NCBI GenBank assembly: GCA_040081625.1
Contig: JBEBGD010000016.1
Coordinates: 9,938 to 73,937 of the forward strand
Length of the DNA stretch: 64,000 nt
Direction of reading: 5' to 3'
Source: Chthoniobacteraceae bacterium
GTDB lineage: Bacteria; Verrucomicrobiota; Verrucomicrobiia; Chthoniobacterales; Chthoniobacteraceae
Positions 9,386 through 18,960 of this stretch are shown piece after piece (position 1 is the stretch's first letter; each line of letters starts with the position of its first letter). The notes beneath the pieces are model-generated. The model made no database searches and was not told the origin of the DNA. It saw only the letters and a program-made list of their open reading frames with translations. The translations under genes and the position numbers were made by a program.

Positions 9386-11041
9386 TCACGGCGCGCCGAA
9401 CACCGCGCCGGACAGCCCCGGAAGCGTGATCTGCCCAGCCTCGTGCGCGACTCCGTCGTCCGTGGCCAAGAGCACGCCGCCGGGCGCCTCGATGCGCATT
9501 GTCTGAGGTTGTTCGCTGCGATTGAGCACGATGAGCAGGCGCCCACGGGTGAAGGCGATCGATTGCTGCGCATCGAAAGGCGTGATCGCGATGTCCGCCC
9601 GGCGCAGTTCCGGGTGCTCGCGGCGCAGGGCGATCGCGGACTTGTAGAAGGCGAAGAGCGCGGCGTCTGCGGTGTCCCAGCGCATCGGCATCCGGCAGTC
9701 GGGGTCGCGCCCGCCCCACATGCCGGCTTCGTCGCCGTAGTAGATCATCGGCGCGCCGGGCGCGGTCATTTGGAATAGGACGACGAGCTTTTGGATGCGG
9801 CGGTCGCGTTCGTCGGGTGCGCGCGTCTGGTAGCCGGGCGTCTTCTCGGCGGAGTTGTCGGTGTTGAAGGGGATGTTGCCCGCGTCGTCGTAGCGCGCGG
9901 TGGCGCGGTTCACGATCATCGACGCGAGGCGCGCGGTGTCGTGCGACGCGATGAGATTTTGCGCCGCGGGCGGCAGGGCGATGAAACGCGCGAAACGGCT
10001 CGCGGGAATCCGCCCGTCGATGAGGAAGCCTTTCACCGGATACGCGAAGCCCTCGTAGTTCATCGCGGCTGAGAAGTGCGCGTCGCGAACGAGGCGCGCG
10101 CTGTCCTTCCACACCTCGGCGGAGGTGAAGGCGGCGGGGTTGATCGCGCGGACGTGCGTGTGCCAGTCGGTCCAGAACTTCACGGGCACCTGATCCGCGG
10201 CATCGAGCCGCCAGCCATCGATGCCGTCGCGCGGGTCGCCATCGCCATCCGGGTCCATCCAGCGGCGCGTGATGTCGAGCAGGTAGGTCTTCACCCCCGG
10301 CGCGAAGTCGGAGGTGTGCGCGAACTCGGGCAGTCGCTCGCTGCCGGCCCAGCCGCGATATTTGAAATGCGGCGCGAAACTCTCGATCGCATACCAGTCG
10401 CGGAAGCGCGAGGCGGCGTGCTTGTCGCGCACGTCGCGGAAGGCGAAAAAACCGCGGCCGGTGTGGTTGAAGACGCCGTCGATGATGACGCGCATGCCGC
10501 GCGCGTGTGCGGCTTTCACGAGTTCGAGGAAGAGCTTGTCCGCGGCAGTCCAGCGCCACGTCTTAGGATCCTCCGTCTCGCCGCGAATGAGCGCGAGATC
10601 GCCGCGCGGATCGGGGCCGAAGTGCGGGTCGATGTGGTGCAGGCTGTCGGCGTCGTATTTGTGCAGCGAGCGCGCGTGGAAGACGGGGTTGAAGTAGAGC
10701 GCGGTGATGCCGAGGCCGGCGAGGTAGTCGAGCTTGTCGATGACGCCGCGCAGATCGCCGCCGTAGCGCCGCTCATTGACGTGCCAGTAGAAGTTCGGCC
10801 CCAGCTCACGCTCCCACTCGTCGCGCGTGAACCAGTCGCCGCCCCACGGCGTGACGCGCCACTTCGCCGACGGCGCGACCGGTTCCTCGAGTGAGTCGCG
10901 CGCGGGGTCGTTCGTCGCGTCGCCATTGCGGAAGCGCTCGGGAAGAATCTGATACCACACCGCATCGACGGCCCAATCCGGCGGCCCCGCGGTCGCGAAC
11001 GTGTTGAACAATGCAATGATGAGAGCGTGTGCGGCGCGCAT
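9386..11041 (-). CDS. secreted GH13 alpha-amylase/neopullulanase-cyclomaltodextrinase-like enzyme
   Basis: WYQILPERFRNGD, YGGDLRG, DGVFNH, DGWRLDAA (nucleophile), AEVW, ASHDT, IYYGDEAG; signal peptide. Confidence 0.9.
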   Translation of the reverse strand: MRAAHALIIALFNTFATAGPPDWAVDAVWYQILPERFRNGDATNDPARDSLEEPVAPSAKWRVTPWGGDWFTRDEWERELGPNFYWHVNERRYGGDLRGVIDKLDYLAGLGITALYFNPVFHARSLHKYDADSLHHIDPHFGPDPRGDLALIRGETEDPKTWRWTAADKLFLELVKAAHARGMRVIIDGVFNHTGRGFFAFRDVRDKHAASRFRDWYAIESFAPHFKYRGWAGSERLPEFAHTSDFAPGVKTYLLDITRRWMDPDGDGDPRDGIDGWRLDAADQVPVKFWTDWHTHVRAINPAAFTSAEVWKDSARLVRDAHFSAAMNYEGFAYPVKGFLIDGRIPASRFARFIALPPAAQNLIASHDTARLASMIVNRATARYDDAGNIPFNTDNSAEKTPGYQTRAPDERDRRIQKLVVLFQMTAPGAPMIYYGDEAGMWGGRDPDCRMPMRWDTADAALFAFYKSAIALRREHPELRRADIAITPFDAQQSIAFTRGRLLIVLNRSEQPQTMRIEAPGGVLLATDDGVAHEAGQITLPGLSGAVFGAP

Positions 11042-11066
11042 CGGCCCGATAGATTGCCGCCCTCCC

Positions 11067-12494
11067 ATGCAAAAACCCAAGCTCTCCTTCCTCGAAATCT
11101 GGAACATGAGTTTCGGCTTCGTCGGCATTCAGTTCGGCTTCGGGCTGCAGCTCGCGAACATGAGCGCGATCTACGCGAAGCTCGGCGCGGAGCCCTCGAA
11201 GATCCCGCTGCTGTGGCTCGCCGGGCCGATGACGGGGCTGCTCGTGCAGCCGATCATCGGCAGCATGAGTGATCGCACGTGGAACCGGCTCGGGCGGCGC
11301 CGGCCGTATTTCACCGTGGGCGCGATCCTCGCGAGCACGGCGCTCTTTTTCATGCCCGACGCGCCGGCGCTGTGGGTCGCGGCGGCGATGCTGTGGGTGC
11401 TCGACGCGAGCATCAATGTGTCGATGGAGCCGTTCCGCGCGTTCGTGGCGGACAAGCTGCCGGTCGCGCAGCGCACGAGCGGGTTTGTGATGCAGAGCTT
11501 CTTCATCGGCATCGGCGCGGCGGTGGCGAATGTGCTGCCGACGGTCTTCGAGCATTGCGGCGTGAGCGGGCAGGCGGCGAACGGCGTGCCGCTCACGGTC
11601 GTGTATTCGTTCAAGCTCGGCGCCGCGGCGTTCCTCGGCGCGGTGCTCTATACCGCTTTCACCACGCGCGAGTATCCGCCCGAGGACATGGAGGAGTTCC
11701 GGCGCATGAAGCGGACGGAGCGGACGTTTCATTTCCGGCCGGTGTTCCTCCTCGTCGGCGCGCTCGCCGGCGCGCTGCTCGGCGCGTCGCGCGGTGCGCT
11801 GGTCGAGCATCACCTCACGATCTGGCACGTGCTCGCGGGCGGCGGGATCGGCGCGGCGATCGGGCTCGTGCTGAGCGGGCCGGAAGTCTCCGCCGCACTC
11901 GTCGCGATGCCGCGCACGATGAAGCAGCTCGCGGTCGTGCAGTTCTTCACGTGGCTCGGCTTGTTCTGCATGTGGATGTTCTTCGGCCTCGCGACCGCGC
12001 AGCAGATTTTCGGGACGCTCGACCCGAAGTCCGCCGCGTTCGATGCCGGCACCGCCTTCGCCGGGCAGACGTTCGCGTGGTATTCGATCGTGTGCGTGCT
12101 CGCGGCCTTCATCCTCGTTCCGATCTCGCGCCGGACGAGCCGCAAGGCGGTGCACAGCCTCGCGCTCATCGCGGGCGGCGTGTGCCTGGTCGCGAGCGGC
12201 TTCATCCACGACCGGATCGCGTGGCAATGCACGATGATCGGCGTCGGCATAGCGTGGGCGTCGATTCTCTCGATGCCCTACGCGATGCTCAGCAGCGCGC
12301 TGCCTCCCGGGCGCATGGGCGTGTATATGGGCATCTTCAATTTCTTCATCGTGATCCCCGAGATCCTCGCGAGCCTCGCGCTCGAGCCGGTGGTGAAGGA
12401 GCTCTTCGGCAATGATCCCGTGAAGGTCGTGATGCTCGGCGGCGCGTCGCTGCTCGTGGCGGCGGTGGCGACGCAGTTCGTGAAGGACGAATGA
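11067..12494 (+). CDS. MFS sugar (maltose/maltodextrin-type) transporter
   Basis: [59 protein letters not shown]. Confidence 0.9.
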   Translation: MQKPKLSFLEIWNMSFGFVGIQFGFGLQLANMSAIYAKLGAEPSKIPLLWLAGPMTGLLVQPIIGSMSDRTWNRLGRRRPYFTVGAILASTALFFMPDAPALWVAAAMLWVLDASINVSMEPFRAFVADKLPVAQRTSGFVMQSFFIGIGAAVANVLPTVFEHCGVSGQAANGVPLTVVYSFKLGAAAFLGAVLYTAFTTREYPPEDMEEFRRMKRTERTFHFRPVFLLVGALAGALLGASRGALVEHHLTIWHVLAGGGIGAAIGLVLSGPEVSAALVAMPRTMKQLAVVQFFTWLGLFCMWMFFGLATAQQIFGTLDPKSAAFDAGTAFAGQTFAWYSIVCVLAAFILVPISRRTSRKAVHSLALIAGGVCLVASGFIHDRIAWQCTMIGVGIAWASILSMPYAMLSSALPPGRMGVYMGIFNFFIVIPEILASLALEPVVKELFGNDPVKVVMLGGASLLVAAVATQFVKDE

Positions 12495-13765
12495 AACAGC
12501 CTCTCTCGTTCTGGGCGCTCTGGAACATGAGCTTCGGCTTTTGCGGCCTGCAATTCGGCTGGTCGCTCCAGGGCGCGAACATGACGGCCATTTATGAATA
12601 CCTCGGCGCCACGCCCGAGCGCATCCCGCTGCTGTGGCTCGCGTCCTCGCTGAGCGGACTGCTCGTGCAGCCGCTGATCGGGCACTTCAGCGATCACACG
12701 CGCAGCCGGTTCGGAAGGCGTCGTCCGTTCATGCTCGGCGGCGCGATCCTCAGCGCCGTCGCGCTCGTGCTGATGCCGAACTCGACTTCGATCTGGATGG
12801 CCGCCGCGCTGCTCTGGTTGCTCGACGCGGCGATCAATACCTCGATGCATCCGTTCCGCGCCTTCGTCGCCGAGACGCTGCCGGCGTCGCAGCACGCGCG
12901 CGGCTTCGCCATGCAGAGCCTCTTCATCGGCCTCGGCGCGACGGTCGCGACGGCGCTGCCGTGGATCATGACGAACTGGTTTCACGTCGCCGCCTCGGCG
13001 GAGAAGACCATCCCGGCTTCCGTGCGCTACGCGTTCTACATCGGCGCGGCTGCCTTCGTCGGCGCGGTCGTGTGGACGGTGTCGACCACGCGCGAACTTC
13101 CGCCCGACGAAGCCGCCCCGCCGCGCACCGGCTGGCTGCGCGCGCTCGTGCGCGCAGTCGCAGAAATGCCGCGCGTGATGTGGCAGATCGGTCTCGTGCA
13201 GGCCTGCTCCTGGCTTGGCTTGTTCTGCTTTTTCCTCTACTTCCCCACGGCCGTCGCACGCGATGTCTTCGGCGCGGCGGACGAGAAGTCGCCGCTTTTC
13301 CGCGAAGGCCTCGAGTGGGCGGGCCTGTGCTTCTCGCTCTTCTCAGTCGTCACCGCCGCGTTCTCCTTCATCCTCCTCGCGGTTTCCCAACGCGTGTCGC
13401 GCAGGACGATCCATACCGCCTGCCTGCTCATCGGCGCGGCGGGTCTCGCCGCGATGCCTGCGATCCACTCGAAGTGGCCGCTGCTCATCTCGATGGCCGC
13501 GTTCGGCATCGCGTGGGCGAGCATCCTCTCGATGCCCTACGCCATGCTCGCCGGCGCGCTGCCGCCGCACCAGACGGGCATCTACATGGGCCTCTTCAAT
13601 CTTTTCATCGTCGTCCCGCAGCTCACCGGCTCGCTCGGCTTCGGATGGGTCATGCAGCATCTGCTCGGAAACAGCCGGGTCTCCGCGGTCGTCGTCGGCG
13701 GCGCGCTGCTGGCCGCGGGCGCGATCGCGACGCAGTTCGTCCGGGAGGAGAAGGCGGTGGCTTAG
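12491..13765 (+). CDS. second MFS maltose-type transporter (tandem paralog)
   Basis: [38 protein letters not shown] overlap with the first transporter. Confidence 0.9.
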   Translation: MKQPLSFWALWNMSFGFCGLQFGWSLQGANMTAIYEYLGATPERIPLLWLASSLSGLLVQPLIGHFSDHTRSRFGRRRPFMLGGAILSAVALVLMPNSTSIWMAAALLWLLDAAINTSMHPFRAFVAETLPASQHARGFAMQSLFIGLGATVATALPWIMTNWFHVAASAEKTIPASVRYAFYIGAAAFVGAVVWTVSTTRELPPDEAAPPRTGWLRALVRAVAEMPRVMWQIGLVQACSWLGLFCFFLYFPTAVARDVFGAADEKSPLFREGLEWAGLCFSLFSVVTAAFSFILLAVSQRVSRRTIHTACLLIGAAGLAAMPAIHSKWPLLISMAAFGIAWASILSMPYAMLAGALPPHQTGIYMGLFNLFIVVPQLTGSLGFGWVMQHLLGNSRVSAVVVGGALLAAGAIATQFVREEKAVA

Positions 13766-14802
13766 CGTGGCCGCTGTTGTCGCGCGGTCGAGCCGGGCGT
13801 CCACTCGCTCGCGACCATCGTCGATTTTGCAAATGAAGGAACGCCGGCCTCGTTGCGGTGGAGTTGGCCGATGATCAAGTCGATCGCCGCCACGCCGACG
13901 TAATCGTTGTGCTGGTCCATGCCGGCCCACTCGGTCATGCCGGTCGTGCGGTCGAGGTGGATGAGGCCCACGTCGCGCGGCACGCGCACCTTCATCGCCG
14001 CCAGCCATGTTTTGATCTGCTCGTGGATGCAGATGATCACGTCGGGCTCGTGCTTGCGATACCACGCCTCGAATGCCGCGGAGTCGGTGCGATCGAAGTC
14101 GCAGACCGGCACGCGATCCGCGCGCGGCAGCGTGTTCTGGCCGACGAAAAAGCCGGCGCTGAATCGCTGTTCGACGTTCTGATCGACCTTTGCCTCGATC
14201 ACCAGGCCGGGCCGCCGGTAGCCGAGCGCACGCGCCGCGGTGAAGGCCTCGCGCGCGGTTCCATACTGGTCGTTGCTCGCGCTGTGGAGCAGCGGCTGCA
14301 TCCGGCCGAGTCCCACGACCACGCACGCGAAGCTTTTCCAGATCCGATCGAAGGCCGCGGGCAGCACGCCGTCGTCGAGCACACCCATGATGACCAGCCC
14401 GCGGATGCCTCGCGACTCGAGGATGCCGATCAGCCGCTCCGCGTCGATGCGCGGCTCATGCAGCCAGAACTCATCGAGGCCGTAGCCGAGCTGCTCCGCG
14501 CGGCGGTGGCAGCCGGTCACCCAGTCGGTGAAAGTGCGATACTCCTTCAGCTTGCCGCGCTCGGTCGAGACATTGAGAAGCCCGAGCGTCGCCTGGTATT
14601 TCGGTGTCCGGTGGCTTCGCAGTTGCGCCATCAGCGCGGCGACGGTCGCGTTCGCGCGGTAGCCGAGCTGCGCGGCGGCTTCCTGCACGCGGCGGCGTGT
14701 CTCGGGAAGCAGCCGCGTGTCGTCGCGCAACGCGAGCGAAGCGGTGGACTTCCCGACGCCCGCGGCATCGGCAACTTGCTGAAGCGTGGGGCGATGGGTC
14801 AT
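13762..14802 (-). CDS. LacI-family transcriptional regulator
   Basis: PTLQQVADAAGVGKSTASLALR...LGYRAN HTH, followed by a sugar-binding domain. Confidence 0.9.
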   Translation of the reverse strand: MTHRPTLQQVADAAGVGKSTASLALRDDTRLLPETRRRVQEAAAQLGYRANATVAALMAQLRSHRTPKYQATLGLLNVSTERGKLKEYRTFTDWVTGCHRRAEQLGYGLDEFWLHEPRIDAERLIGILESRGIRGLVIMGVLDDGVLPAAFDRIWKSFACVVVGLGRMQPLLHSASNDQYGTAREAFTAARALGYRRPGLVIEAKVDQNVEQRFSAGFFVGQNTLPRADRVPVCDFDRTDSAAFEAWYRKHEPDVIICIHEQIKTWLAAMKVRVPRDVGLIHLDRTTGMTEWAGMDQHNDYVGVAAIDLIIGQLHRNEAGVPSFAKSTMVASEWTPGSTARQQRPR

Positions 14803-14921
14803 GGGCGTTGAACTGTGCAACGACGTGCGCATTGCCGGCAACTCGAATCTCCCCACAGTGCGCCCGCCGCGGAGACTCCCATCTTCGCGTTCCCGCACGA
14901 ACAGCTCCCATCCGCACTGCC

Positions 14922-17900
14922 TTGAAAACACCGCGCCTATTCTCCCTACGCGCTCGCTCACGCCGCGCCCTCACCGCGACGATCCAGCCTGCCGTTCTCG
15001 CCCTGCTCATCTCACACGCATATGCCGGCAACACCTGGGACGGTGGCGGCGGCGACAACAACTGGGGCACCGGCGCGAACTGGAGCCCGGATGGCTCGCC
15101 CGCTCCCGGCAGCGGCAACGATCTGTTTTTCGCCGGCGGCACACGCCTGACGCCGTTCAACAACTACACCGCCTTCGACGACTGGCGGAACATCTTCTTC
15201 AACGTCGGTGCGGGAGCCTTCAACATCACCGGCAACGCGATCGATCTTTTCGGCAAGATCGAGAACCTGAGCGCGACTGCGCAGACCTTCGGCCTGACTT
15301 CGATCGCGATGAACAGCGCGACCAACAACGAGTTCAACCCGGTCAACGGTGACCTCACGATCACGAGCACTGACGTTTTCACCAACGGGAACCAGCTCAA
15401 GGTATTCGGAAATAACGGCTTCACGCTGACCTTTGGCGCCGGGACGATCATCAAGCAGGCGGGCTCGCTGTCGATCAACCAGAACAGCAACGTCGTCTTC
15501 AACAGCGTGCATACCTACACGGGCGACACGTTCATCAATGCGGGCAAGCTCCGCTTCAACGCCGGCGGTGGCGTGGCCACGTCGGTCATCCGGCTCGGCG
15601 ACACGACCGGCGCGGCGAATGCGGCGCTCGATCTCACGGTCGCCACGGGCGGGCAGACGCTCGGCGGCACGGTCGTCTCGCGCGCGGGCAGCTCCGGCGT
15701 GCGGACGATCGATTCGCAGAATACCAGCGGCATGAATACGCTCAGCGCGGGACTTTTTCTCGATGCGACGCTCACGCTCAAGCAGGCGGGCGGTGGCACG
15801 CTGACGATCGCGGGCGGCACGGTGGACATCAAAGGCCAGGCGTTCACCGTCGATGCCGCCGGCACGGTTAGCGCGACGGGAATTGTCGGCAGTTCCTTCG
15901 GCGCGGGCGGCAGCCTCGTGAAGCAAGGCTCCGGCACGCTCCTGCTCTCGAACGCCGCCAACAACTACACAGGCACGAACACCGCGACGCTCAACGCGAA
16001 CGGCACGCAGATCGCCGCCGGCACGCTCGGCATCTCCGCCGATGGCAGCCTCGGCCTCGCGCCATCGGGAGCTTACAACAACCTCCAGTTCACCGGCACC
16101 GCGACGCTTCAGAACACGGTGGGCAACATCTCGCTCAACGCGAATCGCAACGTCAGCGTCGCCAGCGCCGCCACCGCGACCTTCGACAACAACGGCAACA
16201 CCTTTACGATCAATGGCGTCGTCAATGGCGCCGGCGGAAACGTCGCGACGACCGGCCCGGGCACGGTCGTCCTTACCGCGGAGAACACTTACACCGGCAC
16301 GACCGCGGTGAACGTCGGCATCCTCCAACTCGGCGGCGGGGGCGCGAGCGGTTCGATCACGAACTCGAGCGGCATCACCGTGGCGGGCGGCGCGAAGCTC
16401 GCCGTCAACCGCAGCGACACGCTCACGATCCCGCAGGTGATCCAGGGCGCCGGCTCCGTCCGCAAGCTCGGCAGCGGCATCGTCGTGCTCAATGCAGCGA
16501 ACACCTATACCGGCGGCACCGAGATCGACGAAGGCATCGTCCGCGTCGGCGCTGTCAATTCCCTCCCGATCGCCGGCGTGATCACGCTCGCGAACGTGGC
16601 CGGCGCGGCGCTCGATCTCAACGGCAACAACGCGACTATCGGTGCGCTCAGCGGCGGCGGCGCGCTCGGCGGCAACGTCACCCTCGGCAGCGCCACGCTC
16701 ACCGTCGGCGATGCGACGAGCACGACCTACGGTGGCGGCATCTCCGGCGCCGGAGGGTCGATCATCAAGCAAGGCACCGGCACCCTCACGCTCACCAACT
16801 CGAGCACCTACACCGGCAGCACCACGATCAACCTCGGAGCCATCCGAAGCGGAACGAACGACGCGCTGCCGGTCACGACCGCGCTCACCCTCGCCAATGC
16901 CGCAAGCGTCCTGCTCGACCTCGACGGCTTCATTCAAACCGTGGGCTCGCTCGCGGGCGGCGGCGGCGCGGGCGGCATGGTCGCGCTCGGCAGCGGCACG
17001 CTCACCGTCGGCGATTCCACACACACCAGCTTCGCCGGCACGATCTCCGGCACCGGTGGCTCGATCATCAAGCAAGGCAGCGGCACGCTCACGCTCAGCG
17101 GCGCGAACACCTACTCCGGCACGACCACGATCAACGCCGGCACGCTCAGCATCGCCGACAGCACCAATCTCGGCGACGCCTCGCCGGGCAACGACGTGAC
17201 GCTCTCCGGCGGCACGCTCGAGGCGACCGGCACCTTCGGCCTCGGGAGCAACCGCGACATCGCGCTCGTCGGGGGCGGCGGCACGATCAACGTCGCGGGA
17301 AGCAACATCGTCATCGTCTCCGGACTGCTCAGCGGCATGGGCAGCCTCGCCAAGACCGGCTCCGGGACATTGATCCTCTCCGGCACGAATTCATCGTTCA
17401 ACGGCATCCTCGAAATCAACGCCGGGAGCATCAGGGCCTCGGCGAGCGAGAACCTCGGCACCGGCGTCCTCCCGAATTCCCTCGTCTTTACTGGCGGCAC
17501 CTTGGAAGCCATCGGCTCATTCAGCACCGGCACGCGCGGGATGAGCTTCGGCTCGGCTGGCGGCACCATCGACGTCACGGGGAGTAACGCCGTGACTTTC
17601 ACGAGTTACATGACCGGCGTCGGCGGACTGACCAAGACCGGCCCCGGCCGACTCACGCTCGCCGCCGATAACAGCCTCTTTTATTCCGGCCCCATCGGCG
17701 TGAGCGACGGCACCCTCAGCGCCAGCGCGAGCGATCGCCTCGGCGACGGCTCCGTCTCGAACTCCCTCGCTTTCGCCGGAGGCACATTCGAAGCCACGGG
17801 CAGCTTCGATCTCGGCGCGAGCCGCACGGTGGCGGTCGGCGCGGGCGGCGGCACTTTCAAGGTGACCAGCGGCAACACGCTCACCGTCTCCGGCGCGATC

Positions 17901-18893
17901 AGCGGCAGCGCGACGCTGACGAAGAGCGACGGCGGCACGCTCAATCTCGTCGCAGACAACAGCGGCTTTAGCGGACCGCTCGCGATCACCGGCGGCACCG
18001 TCGAAGCCGCAGCCAGCAACCGCCTCGGCAGCGGCGCCCCGGGCAACGCCCTCACGCTCGCCGCCGGCACGCTCCGGGCGACGGGCAGCTTCGATCTCGG
18101 CAGTGGTCGCGCGCTGACGCTGGGCCTCGGCGGCGGCACCGTCGATGTGAATCCGGGCGCCACACTCACCGCGTCGGGCAGCATCGCGGGAAGTGGCAGC
18201 CTGACGAAGACCGGCGCGGGAACCTTCGTCATCAGCGGAAATGCGAACAGCTACGCCGGCGGGACAGTGATCGATGCCGGCACGTTGCAGCTCGCGAACC
18301 CCGGCGGCTCAGCCACCGGCAGCGGCGGCATTACGGTCAATAACGGCGCCACTCTCGCGGGCGACGGCTCAGTTTCCGGGCCGGTCACCGTCAACGGCGG
18401 CGGCACGATCAGTCCCGGTGCCAGCATCGGCACCATGGAACTCGTCGCACTCACCTTCGCCGCTGGCGCGCACCTCTCGATCCGGATCGACTCGGCGAAC
18501 CTCCTCTCCGACCTGCTCTCCATTTCGAATCTCATCCCCGCCGACGGCGATCTCACGCTCAGCGGTCCTGTCACGCTCGACATCACCGACATCAACTTCG
18601 GCGCTCTCGATCTGCACGACGCCATCGTCTTCGCCACCTACAGCGGCGAGCGGCTCGGCGGCGGGTTCTTCCGCGTGCCCGGCTTCGAATTCGATCTGCT
18701 CGACTATACGGGCGACGACATGAGCGCCTCGTATTTCTTCCTCGGCAGCACGCCGATGGCGATCGACTACAACTACAACGACACCGGCACCGTCGCCTTC
18801 GTCGTCGTGCCGGAACCGACCGCGCTCGCTGCGCTCATCGGCGGCATGGGCATTCTCCTCGGAACCCGCAGGCTGCGGCGGCGCACCGCGTAA
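14922..18893 (+). CDS. autotransporter-associated beta-strand-repeat surface protein with PEP-CTERM (~1323 aa; TTG start inferred)
   Basis: Signal peptide then TWDGGGGDNNWGTGANW; many LxKxGxGTLxLxxxNTYxG repeats; C-terminal VPEP + TM + RRLRRR. Confidence 0.85.
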   Translation: MKTPRLFSLRARSRRALTATIQPAVLALLISHAYAGNTWDGGGGDNNWGTGANWSPDGSPAPGSGNDLFFAGGTRLTPFNNYTAFDDWRNIFFNVGAGAFNITGNAIDLFGKIENLSATAQTFGLTSIAMNSATNNEFNPVNGDLTITSTDVFTNGNQLKVFGNNGFTLTFGAGTIIKQAGSLSINQNSNVVFNSVHTYTGDTFINAGKLRFNAGGGVATSVIRLGDTTGAANAALDLTVATGGQTLGGTVVSRAGSSGVRTIDSQNTSGMNTLSAGLFLDATLTLKQAGGGTLTIAGGTVDIKGQAFTVDAAGTVSATGIVGSSFGAGGSLVKQGSGTLLLSNAANNYTGTNTATLNANGTQIAAGTLGISADGSLGLAPSGAYNNLQFTGTATLQNTVGNISLNANRNVSVASAATATFDNNGNTFTINGVVNGAGGNVATTGPGTVVLTAENTYTGTTAVNVGILQLGGGGASGSITNSSGITVAGGAKLAVNRSDTLTIPQVIQGAGSVRKLGSGIVVLNAANTYTGGTEIDEGIVRVGAVNSLPIAGVITLANVAGAALDLNGNNATIGALSGGGALGGNVTLGSATLTVGDATSTTYGGGISGAGGSIIKQGTGTLTLTNSSTYTGSTTINLGAIRSGTNDALPVTTALTLANAASVLLDLDGFIQTVGSLAGGGGAGGMVALGSGTLTVGDSTHTSFAGTISGTGGSIIKQGSGTLTLSGANTYSGTTTINAGTLSIADSTNLGDASPGNDVTLSGGTLEATGTFGLGSNRDIALVGGGGTINVAGSNIVIVSGLLSGMGSLAKTGSGTLILSGTNSSFNGILEINAGSIRASASENLGTGVLPNSLVFTGGTLEAIGSFSTGTRGMSFGSAGGTIDVTGSNAVTFTSYMTGVGGLTKTGPGRLTLAADNSLFYSGPIGVSDGTLSASASDRLGDGSVSNSLAFAGGTFEATGSFDLGASRTVAVGAGGGTFKVTSGNTLTVSGAISGSATLTKSDGGTLNLVADNSGFSGPLAITGGTVEAAASNRLGSGAPGNALTLAAGTLRATGSFDLGSGRALTLGLGGGTVDVNPGATLTASGSIAGSGSLTKTGAGTFVISGNANSYAGGTVIDAGTLQLANPGGSATGSGGITVNNGATLAGDGSVSGPVTVNGGGTISPGASIGTMELVALTFAAGAHLSIRIDSANLLSDLLSISNLIPADGDLTLSGPVTLDITDINFGALDLHDAIVFATYSGERLGGGFFRVPGFEFDLLDYTGDDMSASYFFLGSTPMAIDYNYNDTGTVAFVVVPEPTALAALIGGMGILLGTRRLRRRTA

Positions 18894-18916
18894 GCGGCGC
18901 GCCTCGCAGTCTGTGC

Positions 18917-18951
18917 GCCGCGCCGTATCGGGGGAAACGATGCGGCGCGGC
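18917..18951. terminator. 14-bp hairpin between convergent genes
   Basis: GCCGCGCCGTATCG-GGGGAAA-CGATGCGGCGCGGC (one G:U pair); no U-tract. Confidence 0.5.
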
Positions 18952-18960
18952 AAATCCGGG

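Noticed and set aside
14922..18893. True autotransporter
   Set aside because: It has passenger-type repeats only, no C-terminal beta-barrel, and ends in PEP-CTERM.
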